A DNA stretch of 64,000 bases from Rubrivivax sp. (GCA_046318395.1 JBKCUM010000192.1:73-64072); one strand, 5' to 3'; counted from the stretch's first letter, positions 14,950-24,058 are shown. A program made the numbers and translations. Notes: generated by a model not told the origin, from the sequence alone.

Positions 14950-15855
14950 TCAGCGCGCGCGCGCCAGCAGCGTGATGCCCAGCAACACCATCGCCGTGCC
15001 GGCCAGCACCCAGGCGTTGAAAGGCTCGCCCAGCAGCCACACGCCCATGAAGATGGTGGACAACGGGCCCACCATGCCGGTCTGCGCCGTCAACGTGGCG
15101 CCCAGGCGTTCGATGGCCAGCATCACCATCACCACCGGCGCCACCGTGCAGGCCGTGGCGTTCAGCAGCGACAGCCACAGCACGGGCTCGGGCACCCAGG
15201 CCGTTTCCAACGGCCGCAGCACCAGGAACTGCAGGATGCAGAACACGCAGGCCACGCTGCTGGCCCAGCCCGTCAGGCGCAGCGCGCCCAGGCGCTTCAC
15301 CTCGGCACCGCTGTACACCAGGTACAGCGCGTAGCTGATGGCACTGCCAAAGACCAAGGCCGCGCCCAGCGCGGTCTGCGCGCCCATGAACTGCAGTTCA
15401 TGGCCGAAGACCAGCAGCACCCCGGCGTAGCTGCAGGCCAGGGCCACCAGCTGGCGGCCGGTGACGCGGTGCTTGAACAACAGCACGCTCAAGGCCAGCA
15501 CCAAGGTGGGGTTGAGGTAGAGGATCAGCCGCTCCAGGCTGGCGCTGATGAGCTGCAGGCCCAGGAAGTCCAGCGTGCTGGCCAGGTAGTAGCCCGAAAA
15601 ACCCAGGCCCAGCACCACGGCCAAGTCGCGCCGCGTCAAACGCGGCTGGCCGCGGCCGGCCCACCAGGCCAGCAGCACGAACAGCGGCAGCGCCAGCAGC
15701 ATGCGCCACATGATCACGGTGATGGCGTCCACCCCATGGCGGTAGGCCAGCTTCACGATGATGGCCTTGCCAGAAAAACCGATGGCGCCGGCCACAGCCA
15801 TCGCCAGGCCCATGCCGTAAGACAGGCGGTGCACGCCCGCAGGGGAAGACTGCAT
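14950..15855 (-). CDS. EamA/DMT-family transporter
   Basis: 301 aa, ATG start, 10 hydrophobic segments, duplicated EamA-like halves. Confidence 0.8.
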   Translation of the reverse strand: MQSSPAGVHRLSYGMGLAMAVAGAIGFSGKAIIVKLAYRHGVDAITVIMWRMLLALPLFVLLAWWAGRGQPRLTRRDLAVVLGLGFSGYYLASTLDFLGLQLISASLERLILYLNPTLVLALSVLLFKHRVTGRQLVALACSYAGVLLVFGHELQFMGAQTALGAALVFGSAISYALYLVYSGAEVKRLGALRLTGWASSVACVFCILQFLVLRPLETAWVPEPVLWLSLLNATACTVAPVVMVMLAIERLGATLTAQTGMVGPLSTIFMGVWLLGEPFNAWVLAGTAMVLLGITLLARAR

Positions 15856-15891
15856 GGGGTGGATTGTGCGGCGCTGCTGGCGGGCTGCGGT

Positions 15892-17484
15892 TCACACCGG
15901 CGCCGCGCCACCCTGCGTTTCTGCGACGTAGCGGCGCAGCAGGGGCGGCTCGCTGCCCAGGTGGAAGGCCATGCGCTGCGTGCGCAGTTCGGCGTCGGCG
16001 GCGGTGAAACGTTCCAGCCTGCGCAAGTGCTCGACCCAGGTTTCGTCGACGAAGTACTCGACATAACGCCCAGGTTCTGCGGTGTCGCGGAACAGGCCCC
16101 AGGACAGCGCGCCCTGGCGCAGCCGCGCGGCCTTGGTCAGCTGCATCACGGCGTTGAACTCGGCGGCGCGGGCGGGGTCGATGCGGTACTCCAGCGTCAC
16201 CATCACCGGGCCCTGGTCGGCTTCGATGTCGATGGCCACCTCGGGGCCGTTGCGCGGTGTGGCCGGGCTGAAGTCCACCTCTTCACCTTCCACGGAAAAG
16301 CGCTGCGTGGCCAACAGCAGCACCGGGCCCAGCACCGCGGCCACCAGGATGGCCGTGGGCACCGAGCTGAAGCTGGCCACCTTGCCGAACAGCAGCGCGC
16401 CGAAGGCCGTGCCGCCCATCAAGGCCATCTGGTAGATGCTCATGCCACGCGCGCGCACCCAGTTGGGCAAGGCCAGCTGTGCCGACATGGCCAGCGTGTT
16501 GGCCGTGCTGATCCAGGCCATGCCGGCCAGGAACACCGCCGGCACCGCCACCCAGGCCTGCGGCACCAGGGCCACCACGGCGGTGGCCGCGGCGTGCACC
16601 AGGGTGCCGTACAGCACAAACTCGTCGCGGTTGAAACGCTGGCGCCAGCGCGGGAACCACAGCGCAGCCAAGATGGCACCGCCGCCCAGGCAGGCCATCA
16701 GCAACGTGAACATGCCCGGCCCGCCGCCATGCAGGCCACGCGCCACCAGCGGCAGCAGCGACAACAAGGCGCTGGCCTGGAGGAAGAACAGGAACACGCG
16801 GATGACCACGGCCCGCATGCGTGGCGACTGGCGAACATGCTGCAGCCCCACGCGCATGGCGCCCACAAAACGTTCACCGGGCAAGGCGCTGGGCTTGGGC
16901 GCCGACTTCCAGCGCAAGATCAGCACAAAGGCCACGGCCGCCAGCAGCGCGTTCAGCACGAACACCCAGGCCGGGCTGGCCGCGGCCAGCAGCGCGCCGG
17001 CCACCATGGGGCCCACCACGCGCGACAGGTTCATCGAGATGCCGTTCAGCGCCAGCGCCGAAGGCAGCTGCTGGCGCGTGACGACGTCGGGCACGATGGC
17101 CGAGAACACCGGCCAGCGCATGGCCAGACCGATGCCGTTCAGAAAGGTCAGCAACAACAGCGTGGCCGGTGTCAGCACCCCGGCCAGCGCACAACCGGCG
17201 ATGACCAGGGCCACCAGCGACACCCACAGCTGCGTGCCGGCGTAATACCGCCGCCGGTCCACGATGTCGGCCAGTGCCCCGCTGGGCAGGCCCAGCAGGA
17301 ACACCGGCAGCGTGCTGGCCGTCTGCACCAGGGCCACCATCACCGGGCTGGTGGTCAACGTGGTCATCAGCCAGGCGGCCGCCACGTCGTTCATCCACAT
17401 GGTCATGTTGGCCGCCAGCCAGGTGAACCACAGGCCACGGAAGACCGGGCCTTCCAGGGGCAGCAAGGCGGCGGGCAGGCGCAT
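15892..17484 (-). CDS. MFS transporter with C-terminal soluble extension
   Basis: Inner ATG 17484 (MRLPAALLPLEGPVFRGLWFTWLAANMT..). About 12 TM segments followed by a ~139-aa hydrophilic tail (VMVTLEYRIDPARAAEFNAV...). Confidence 0.8.
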   Translation of the reverse strand: MRLPAALLPLEGPVFRGLWFTWLAANMTMWMNDVAAAWLMTTLTTSPVMVALVQTASTLPVFLLGLPSGALADIVDRRRYYAGTQLWVSLVALVIAGCALAGVLTPATLLLLTFLNGIGLAMRWPVFSAIVPDVVTRQQLPSALALNGISMNLSRVVGPMVAGALLAAASPAWVFVLNALLAAVAFVLILRWKSAPKPSALPGERFVGAMRVGLQHVRQSPRMRAVVIRVFLFFLQASALLSLLPLVARGLHGGGPGMFTLLMACLGGGAILAALWFPRWRQRFNRDEFVLYGTLVHAAATAVVALVPQAWVAVPAVFLAGMAWISTANTLAMSAQLALPNWVRARGMSIYQMALMGGTAFGALLFGKVASFSSVPTAILVAAVLGPVLLLATQRFSVEGEEVDFSPATPRNGPEVAIDIEADQGPVMVTLEYRIDPARAAEFNAVMQLTKAARLRQGALSWGLFRDTAEPGRYVEYFVDETWVEHLRRLERFTAADAELRTQRMAFHLGSEPPLLRRYVAETQGGAAPV

Positions 17485-17542
17485 GGGTGTCAGGCTTCTT
17501 CGGGTGAACGTGGACGGGCGGACATCATGCCGTGCGGGCAAG

Positions 17543-17563
17543 AAAAACGGCCCCGTGGGGCCG
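17543..17563 (-). terminator. Rho-independent-type terminator (minus strand)
   Basis: 7-bp GC stem CGGCCCC/GGGGCCG (17548-17554 / 17557-17563) with AAAAA at 17543-17547, which is a U-run on the minus-strand transcript. Downstream of tctA. Confidence 0.5.
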
Positions 17564-17634
17564 TTCAGCGTGACGAGCGCGCGACCCGCCAAGTAGACGG
17601 GCCGCAGGGCCGATCAATCTGCCTTGCAGGCCGC

Positions 17635-17710
17635 GTTCGGCATGCAAGACATGCCGAACCCAGACTGAGGCACGCGCCAGTCCACCGGACTGGCGCATGT
17701 CCTCAGTCTG
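17635..17710 (-). repeat. two adjacent perfect inverted repeats (REP-like / 3' hairpins) overlapping the tctA stop
   Basis: First: GTTCGGCATG-caaga-CATGCCGAAC (17635-17659). Second is nested: CAGACTGAGG..GCGCCAGTCC-acc-GGACTGGCGC..CCTCAGTCTG (17661-17710). The tctA stop is at 17703-17705. Confidence 0.6.
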
Positions 17711-19217
17711 CGTCTTGGAACGCTTCTTCCCGTTTGTTTTTGATCGACGGCAGCATCACCACCACGATCATCAGCACCGAGGCCACCAGCAGCGTGGCCG
17801 ACAGCGGGCGGGTCATGAAGGTGGTCCAGTCGCCGCGGCTCAGCAGCAGGGCGCGGCGCAGGTTCTCTTCCATCATCGGGCCCAGGATGAAGCCCAGCAG
17901 CAGCGGCGCAGGTTCGCAGCCCAGCTTGTAGAACAGGTAACCCACCACCGCAAAACCGGCGCCCATGTAGACGTCGAAGTTGTTGTTGTTCAGCGTGTAC
18001 AGGCCGATGCAGCAGAACGACATGATGGCCGGGAACAGGAAGCGGTAAGGCACCGTCAGCAGCTTGATCCAGATGCCGATCAGCGGCAGGTTCAGGATGA
18101 CCAGCATCAGGTTGCCCACCCACATGCTGGCGATCAGGCCCCAGAACAGGTCGGGGTTGCTGGTCATCACCTGTGGGCCCGGCTGGATGCCCTTGATGGT
18201 CATCGCGCCCACCATCAGCGCCATCACCGGGTTGGGCGGGATGCCCAGCGTCAGCATGGGGATGAAGCTGGTCTGCGCACCGGCGTTGTTGGCGCTCTCG
18301 GGGCCGGCCACACCGCGGATGTTGCCCTGGCCGAAGGTGACTTCACCTTCGCGCATCTTCATCTTCTTCTCGACCGAGTAGGCCGCGAAACCCGCCAGCA
18401 GCGCGCCACCACCGGGCAGCACGCCCAGGATGGAGCCCAACGACGTGCCGCGCATCACCGCAGGCCAGGCGTTGCGGAAGTCTTCCTTGGTGGGCCACAG
18501 GCCCGTCACCGACTTGGTGAAGACCTCGCGCTTCTCCGCCGGCTGGCCCAGGTTGGCGATGATTTCACCGAAGCCGAACACGCCCATGGCGATGGCCACG
18601 AAGCCGATGCCGTCGGTCAGCTCGGGGATGTCGAAGCTGTAGCGCGGCACGCCAGAGATGACGTCGGTGTTGATCTGGCCCAGCAGCAGGCCCAGGATGA
18701 TCATCGCGATGGCCTTGACCAGCGAACCCGAGGCCAGCACCACGGCGCCGATCAGGCCCAGCACCATCAGGCTGAAGTACTCGGCCGGGCCGAACTTGAA
18801 GGCCAGCTCCGTCAGCGGCGGCGCGAAGGCCGCGATGATCAGCGTGCCCACGGTGCCGGCGAAGAAGCTGCCCAGACCGGCGGCGGCCAGTGCGGCACCA
18901 GCGCGGCCTTTGCGCGCCATTTGGTAGCCGTCGATGGCCGTGACCACCGAGCTGGATTCACCCGGCACGTTGATCAGGATGGCGGTGGTGGAACCGCCGT
19001 ACTGCGCGCCGTAGTAGATGCCGGCCAGCATGATCAGCGCCGGTGTGGCGTCCAGCGCGTAGATGCTGGGCAGCAGCATCGCGATGGTGGCCACCGGGCC
19101 CAAGCCGGGCAGCACGCCGATGAGGGTGCCCAGCACAGCGCCGCCGAAGGCGTAGGCCAGGTTGACCCAGGTGAAGGCGACGCCGAAGCCGAGCGCCAGG
19201 TTGTTCAGCAAGTCCAT
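17703..19217 (-). CDS. tctA: tripartite tricarboxylate transporter, large permease
   Basis: 504 aa, ATG start, highly hydrophobic. TctA-family sequence throughout (GVLPGLGP.., GALLAGFAAY..). Confidence 0.9.
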   Translation of the reverse strand: MDLLNNLALGFGVAFTWVNLAYAFGGAVLGTLIGVLPGLGPVATIAMLLPSIYALDATPALIMLAGIYYGAQYGGSTTAILINVPGESSSVVTAIDGYQMARKGRAGAALAAAGLGSFFAGTVGTLIIAAFAPPLTELAFKFGPAEYFSLMVLGLIGAVVLASGSLVKAIAMIILGLLLGQINTDVISGVPRYSFDIPELTDGIGFVAIAMGVFGFGEIIANLGQPAEKREVFTKSVTGLWPTKEDFRNAWPAVMRGTSLGSILGVLPGGGALLAGFAAYSVEKKMKMREGEVTFGQGNIRGVAGPESANNAGAQTSFIPMLTLGIPPNPVMALMVGAMTIKGIQPGPQVMTSNPDLFWGLIASMWVGNLMLVILNLPLIGIWIKLLTVPYRFLFPAIMSFCCIGLYTLNNNNFDVYMGAGFAVVGYLFYKLGCEPAPLLLGFILGPMMEENLRRALLLSRGDWTTFMTRPLSATLLVASVLMIVVVMLPSIKNKREEAFQDAD

Positions 19218-19236
19218 GGTGTCAGTGCTTCTCGGT

Positions 19237-19701
19237 TCAAGACGCCAGGAAGGCGGGCCACAGCGGGATGGTCAGGCTCAGGCCCTTGATGAAGATGAGC
19301 CAGCTGCCCAGCGTCATCACGAAGGCGTTGATCAGCGCATCTTTCCAATGGAATTCGTCGCTGGCCGTGGCCGCCACCACCACCAGCAGCGGCAGCGAGA
19401 TGATCATGCCGAGCTTGGGCAGGATGAAACCGAAACCGGCCACCGAGATGACCACGATGAACAGCGGCTTCAAGGCCCAGTGGCCGATCTTGTCGCCGCC
19501 CTCCACTTCGATGGTCAGCGACTTGAACAGCACCACGGCGCCCAGGATGGCCAGCAGCACACCCAGGCCGAACGGGAAGTAGGCCGGGCCCGGGCGCGCC
19601 GAGGAGCCGAAGCTGTAGTTCAGCGCACCCACGGCGAAGGCAGCACCGACCGCGATGAACATCAGGCCGGACCAGAAGTCCTTCTGACTTTTGATGAGCA
19701 A
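19237..19701 (-). CDS. tctB: tripartite tricarboxylate transporter, small subunit
   Basis: 154 aa with 4 TM segments, directly upstream of tctA (19-nt gap). TTG start preceded by GGAGA. Confidence 0.75.
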   Translation of the reverse strand: MLIKSQKDFWSGLMFIAVGAAFAVGALNYSFGSSARPGPAYFPFGLGVLLAILGAVVLFKSLTIEVEGGDKIGHWALKPLFIVVISVAGFGFILPKLGMIISLPLLVVVAATASDEFHWKDALINAFVMTLGSWLIFIKGLSLTIPLWPAFLAS

Positions 19702-19751
19702 GGGAGTCTCCTCGGAGAACGTTGTTTGCCGAAGATTCTAGGCATGGCCTT

Positions 19752-19799
19752 GGACAGGCCCATGTGGATTCCACGTAAGCCAGGACAGGCCCTGGACAC
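19752..19799 (-). promoter_or_regulatory. candidate operator upstream of tctBA
   Basis: Perfect 11-nt palindrome GTGGATTCCAC (19764-19774), flanked by the 10-nt direct repeat GGACAGGCCC (19752-19761 and 19783-19792). Another TGGACA at 19794-19799. Lies in a locally AT-richer stretch. Confidence 0.3.
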
Positions 19800-19865
19800 C
19801 GGGTTCACACCAGGGTCACCGGGCCCTGCACCGCGCCGGTGCAGCGCGCGCACCGGCGCGCAGCA

Positions 19866-21719
19866 TCAGCCCAGGTCGGGCGTGCAGCGCAGCACTTCTT
19901 CCAGCGTGGTCAGGCCTTCGGCCACTTTCATGGCCCCGGCCAGGCGCAGCGGACGCAGACCTTCCTTGATGCCCGATCGGCGCAGCGCCGTGGCGTCCAG
20001 CTGCGGGTGGATGGCCGTGCGCGCGGCCTCGCTGACCAGCAGCAGTTCGTACAGACCGGCCCGGCCACGGTAGCCGGTGTGGCGGCACTCCAAGCAGCCC
20101 ACGGGTTTGTACACCCGCACGCCACCCGACAGCCGCCAGGGCTTCACGGCGTCTTCCAGGGCCTCGCGCGAGGTGCTGTCGTCGCGCTGCTTGCAGGCCG
20201 GGCACAGCGTGCGCGCCAGGCGCTGGGCCAGCACGCCGATGACGGTGGCGCTGATCAGGTAGGGCGGCACGCCCAGGTCGGCCAGGCGCGTGATGGCGCC
20301 CGCGGCGTCGTTGGTGTGCAGGGTGCTGAACACCAGGTGGCCGGTCAGCGCGGCCTGTATGGCCATCTCGGCCGTGGCCAGGTCGCGGATCTCGCCGACC
20401 ATGATGATGTCCGGGTCCTGCCGCATCAGCGCGCGCAGGCCCTCGGCAAAACCCAGGTCCAGGCCGGGCTGCACCTGGGTCTGGTTGAAGGCCGGCTCGA
20501 TCATCTCGATGGGGTCTTCGATGGTGCAGACGTTGACCTCTTCGCTGGCCAGCGCCTTCAGCGTGGAATACAGCGTGGTGGTCTTGCCACTGCCCGTGGG
20601 GCCGGTGACCAGGATGATGCCGTGCGGCTTGGTGATGAGTTGCTGCCAGCGCTGCGACTCGTGCGCGCCAAAGCCCAGGGCCTCCACGCTCTTCAACACG
20701 GTCTCGGGGTCGAAGATGCGCATCACCATCTTCTCGCCAAAGGCCGTGGGCAGCGTGCTGATGCGCATCTCCACCTCGGCGCCGGGGCCGGTGTGTTCGG
20801 GGCGCACGGTCTTGATGCGGCCGTCCAGCGGGCGGCGGCGTTCCACCACGTCCATGCGGCCCAGCAGCTTGATGCGCGCCACCATGGCGTTCATCACCGT
20901 CAGCGGCACCTGGTAGACGGTGTGCAACACACCGTCGATGCGGAAGCGGATGGCGCCCATGTCGCGCCGTGGTTCCAGGTGGATGTCGCTGGCGCGCTGC
21001 TCGAAGGCGTAGCCCCACAGCCAATCGACCACCTGCACCACGCCCTGGTCGTTGGCGTCCAGCTGTTTGTTGCTGCGACCCAGTTCCACCAGCTGCTCGA
21101 AGCTGGCGCTGGCCGAGGCCTCGCCACTCTTCTGCGCGTTGCGCACGCTCTTGGCCAGCGCGTAGAACTCGGTGGTGTAACGCCGCACATCCTCGGGGTT
21201 GGCCACCACCAGCTTCACGCTGCGGCGCGTGTGGGCCTCGATCTCGCTGACCCAGGCCACGTCGAAAGGCTCGGCGGTGGCGATGGTCACCTCGGTGGCG
21301 CCGAAGGCCAGCGGCAGCGCGCGGCGGTTCTCGGCGTACTTCACGCTCATCACGTCGGCCACGCGACCCACGTCGGCGCGCAGCGGGTCGATGCGCGCAT
21401 AACCCAGGCCGGCGCGGCCGGCCAGCCATTCCGTCAGCGCTTCGGTGTCCAGCCGCGCACCCGTGCCCAGGCGCTGCAGGCCGGCGCCGCCCAGGCGCAC
21501 CAGGGCGTGCAGGCTGGACGCGCCAGCGCCGAAACGCTGCTTCACGCGTTCGGCGTCTTCGGCGGCCACCAGGCCGTCTTGCTGCAACCAGTCCAGCAGC
21601 TGCGGCCAGTCCAGCGGGCCCACGGCGCGGCGTGGCGCGGGGGCACCCGCGCTGGCGGGGCGGGCGCTGGCCTTGTTCACACCTTCTCCGGCTGGTAAGG
21701 CCGCACCATGCGCAACCAT
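19866..21719 (-). CDS. GspE/PulE-family secretion/pilus-type ATPase
   Basis: Walker A GPTGSGKTTT, Walker B DPDIIMVGEIRD, His box TGHLVFSTLHTNDA, tetra-Cys CPACK..CLECRHTGYRGR. Start is ATG 21719 or GTG 21680; the latter overlaps the upstream stop as GTGA. Confidence 0.85.
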   Translation of the reverse strand: MVAHGAALPAGEGVNKASARPASAGAPAPRRAVGPLDWPQLLDWLQQDGLVAAEDAERVKQRFGAGASSLHALVRLGGAGLQRLGTGARLDTEALTEWLAGRAGLGYARIDPLRADVGRVADVMSVKYAENRRALPLAFGATEVTIATAEPFDVAWVSEIEAHTRRSVKLVVANPEDVRRYTTEFYALAKSVRNAQKSGEASASASFEQLVELGRSNKQLDANDQGVVQVVDWLWGYAFEQRASDIHLEPRRDMGAIRFRIDGVLHTVYQVPLTVMNAMVARIKLLGRMDVVERRRPLDGRIKTVRPEHTGPGAEVEMRISTLPTAFGEKMVMRIFDPETVLKSVEALGFGAHESQRWQQLITKPHGIILVTGPTGSGKTTTLYSTLKALASEEVNVCTIEDPIEMIEPAFNQTQVQPGLDLGFAEGLRALMRQDPDIIMVGEIRDLATAEMAIQAALTGHLVFSTLHTNDAAGAITRLADLGVPPYLISATVIGVLAQRLARTLCPACKQRDDSTSREALEDAVKPWRLSGGVRVYKPVGCLECRHTGYRGRAGLYELLLVSEAARTAIHPQLDATALRRSGIKEGLRPLRLAGAMKVAEGLTTLEEVLRCTPDLG

Positions 21720-22621
21720 TTACGGGCCAGCAGGCCCAGCGGGCCCCAGTGTTGTTCGATGTGCTGGGCGCGTGCCGTCAGCGTGGCGGCGTCGGGCACC
21801 ACCACCCCACGGCCGGCCACCACCACGGTGTTGCCTTCGCGCGTGGGGCGCAGGCTCCACACCTGGTCGCTGCCGAAAGCCGCGGCGATGCGCGCGATGC
21901 TGGCGCTGAAGCTGGAAGCCCGGCCGAACAGGTTGACGGCCATCACACCGCCTTCGGCCAGCACACGGCGGCAGTCGGCGTAGAAGGCCTCGTCGTCCAG
22001 CACCGGGGCTGCGGCGTCGTGGTCGTACAGGTCCACGTGCAACAAGTGCACGCTGGCGGGGGCAGCCTGCGTGCGCAGCCAGGCGCCGGCATCGGCCTGC
22101 ACCACCGTGGTGTCCGCCGGCAGGTGGAACCACACGCGGTTGGCGGCCACCACGTCGGGGTTGATCTCCACCACCGTGGTCGGCCAGCCCAGGGCTTTCT
22201 GCGTGAAGCGTGTGATGGCGCCCGCCCCCAGGCCCAGCTGCAGCGCGCGGTGGCCGGCCTCGGGCGCCAGGGCTTCGGTGGGCAGCCACAGCAGGCTGGC
22301 CAGCATGCGGCGGATGTAGTCCAGCTCGATGGCCTGCGGCTTGCGGATGCGCATGGCGCCCTGCACCCAGATGCTGCCCAGGTGCAGGTAGCGCACGCCG
22401 TCGAGTTCGCTCAGCGTGGCCTCGGGCAGGTCCAGGGTGGCGCTGGGGGCGCGCGTTTCGGTGTCGTTCAGGCTCAAGGCAGGGGCGCGCGGGGGCGTGG
22501 TGGACAAAACAAGTTCAAGGGGGGAGACGGCACAACACCACCGGCGGGGCGGCCCGCCGCAGCGGCTGCGCCGATCTTGCCCGTTCAGACCAGATCGTAA
22601 GCGGCGAACACCGCCCGCCAT
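21677..22621 (-). CDS. spermidine-synthase-like class I methyltransferase-fold protein
   Basis: SAM-fold motif LQLGLGAGAITRF, then VVEINPDV. Start uncertain: ATG 22621 overlaps the upstream gene by 37 nt; TTG 22507 is possible. Confidence 0.65.
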   Translation of the reverse strand: MAGGVRRLRSGLNGQDRRSRCGGPPRRWCCAVSPLELVLSTTPPRAPALSLNDTETRAPSATLDLPEATLSELDGVRYLHLGSIWVQGAMRIRKPQAIELDYIRRMLASLLWLPTEALAPEAGHRALQLGLGAGAITRFTQKALGWPTTVVEINPDVVAANRVWFHLPADTTVVQADAGAWLRTQAAPASVHLLHVDLYDHDAAAPVLDDEAFYADCRRVLAEGGVMAVNLFGRASSFSASIARIAAAFGSDQVWSLRPTREGNTVVVAGRGVVVPDAATLTARAQHIEQHWGPLGLLARKWLRMVRPYQPEKV

Positions 22622-23094
22622 TCGGCCAGTTTGCGCTGGAAAGACCAGCTGGCGTTGGCAGGGCTGCTGGACGGCAGGCGGTGCACCACCAGGCCCAGGG
22701 CTTCCAGGTGGCGGCGCGCCTTGGCCGATTCACCACCGTTGTGCGCGGCGGCCACCAGGCCGGGCGCCAGCCGGCGCAGCGCGGGGAAGTCGTTGAACTG
22801 CGCGTCTTCGATGGCGCTGTCCAGGCTGCCCTCGCGGCGGCAGGCGGCGTACACGTCCCACAGCGCCACGCGCCGGGCCTGCAGGCGTTGCAGGCGCTGG
22901 GCATAGGGCAAGGCCACCAGGTCTTCGCCCCACACGGCCGACAGCAGCGGCCAGAACTGGTTGCGTGGGTGGCCGTAGTACTGCTGGGCCTGCAGCGAGG
23001 CCACGCCGGGGAAGCTGCCCAACAGCACCAGGCGCGCGTCTGGCGCCACCACGGGGGCCAGGCCATGCAGGCGCGGGCTGTCGGGGTCGCTCAT
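22585..23094 (-). CDS. DNA-deoxyinosine (hypoxanthine) glycosylase, UDG superfamily
   Basis: Inner ATG 23094 (MSDPDSPRL..). Motif LLGSFPGVASLQAQQYYGHPRNQFWPLL. ATGA overlap with the TatD stop (23091-23094). Confidence 0.8.
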   Translation of the reverse strand: MSDPDSPRLHGLAPVVAPDARLVLLGSFPGVASLQAQQYYGHPRNQFWPLLSAVWGEDLVALPYAQRLQRLQARRVALWDVYAACRREGSLDSAIEDAQFNDFPALRRLAPGLVAAAHNGGESAKARRHLEALGLVVHRLPSSSPANASWSFQRKLAEWRAVFAAYDLV

Positions 23095-23936
23095 GCCACC
23101 TGCACCGGGTCGGTGCCAGCAGCCCACAGCGCGGCCAGCCGCGGCAGCGCCGCGCAGGCGTTGGCGCTGGTGTGCTGCGCGGTTTCGGCCAGCGTCCAGC
23201 CCCGCAGCTGCGCCAAGGTTTCGGCGATGCGCGGCAGCTGCGCCGGTTCGTTGCGGCCCATGGCCTGGCCGGCCGCGCGCTGCTGCGCGGTGGCGTACAG
23301 CCAGGGCGGTGGGATGTCGGGTGCGTCGGTCTCCAGCACCAGGCTGTGGGCCGGGGCGGTGGCCGCCAGGTGCCGGATCTGCAGCGCACGTTCAAACACC
23401 ATGGCCCCGCCGAAGCCCAGGCGGAAGCCGCGTTCGGTGAACTGCTGGCACTGCGCGTCGCTGGCGTTGAAGGCGTGGGCGATGCCACCCGGCACCTCGA
23501 AACGCCGCAGACCCTGCAGCAGCCCGTCGGCGCTGCGCCGCACGTGCAAGATGACCGGCAGGCCATGCGCCCGCGCCAGCTTCAGCTGCGCGAAGTAAAA
23601 ACGCTGCTGGCGCTGCGGGTCCAGCCCCGGCACGAAGTGGTCCAGGCCGATCTCGCCCACGGCCACCAAGCGCGGGTCGCTGCGGTGGGTGCGCAAAGCC
23701 TGGTCCAGCGCGTCCAGGTCTTCGTCCTGCGCCTGCGGCGTGTACAGCGGGTGGATGCCCAGCGCATAGGCACAGCCCTGGTCGTGCGCCAGTTCGCGCA
23801 CGGTGTCGAAGTTCTGGCGCATCACCGCCGGCAGCACCTGCAGCCGCACCCCGGCGGCGCGTGCGCGTTCGGCCACGGCGGCGCGGTCGACGTCGAACTC
23901 GGGGGCGTCCAGGTGGCAATGGGTGTCTATCCACAT
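23091..23936 (-). CDS. TatD-family metal-dependent hydrolase/DNase
   Basis: Inner ATG 23936 (MWIDTHCHLDAPEF). TatD motifs GEIGLDHF, ILHVRRS, HAF. Confidence 0.85.
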   Translation of the reverse strand: MWIDTHCHLDAPEFDVDRAAVAERARAAGVRLQVLPAVMRQNFDTVRELAHDQGCAYALGIHPLYTPQAQDEDLDALDQALRTHRSDPRLVAVGEIGLDHFVPGLDPQRQQRFYFAQLKLARAHGLPVILHVRRSADGLLQGLRRFEVPGGIAHAFNASDAQCQQFTERGFRLGFGGAMVFERALQIRHLAATAPAHSLVLETDAPDIPPPWLYATAQQRAAGQAMGRNEPAQLPRIAETLAQLRGWTLAETAQHTSANACAALPRLAALWAAGTDPVQVA

Positions 23937-24058
23937 GCCGCGATGATGGCCGATGCGCCCACCCGCGGCGGGCCACCCCGCGAACCGCCCCGTGGCATGC
24001 AAGGCCGCGGCCCGCGTGTTACTGTGGCCACACCTGTTCGCCGACGACATGCCCGACG

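Noticed and set aside
14833-17931. 1032-aa plus-strand ORF opposite the EamA and MFS genes (with similar long ORFs at 25035..27182, 25831..27960, 53282..55726 and 40175..42496)
   Set aside because: These are antisense shadows with Arg/Gly/His/Gln-rich translations. The opposite strands encode membrane or enzyme proteins with proper hydrophobicity patterns or motifs.
23861-24058. N-terminal 66-codon extension of the protease ORF (and similar extensions on many track ORFs)
   Set aside because: The extensions are Arg/Pro/Gly-rich, overlap divergent genes or promoters, and begin with non-ATG codons printed as M in the track. Inner ATG/GTG starts with SD-like sequences or start/stop overlaps fit better.
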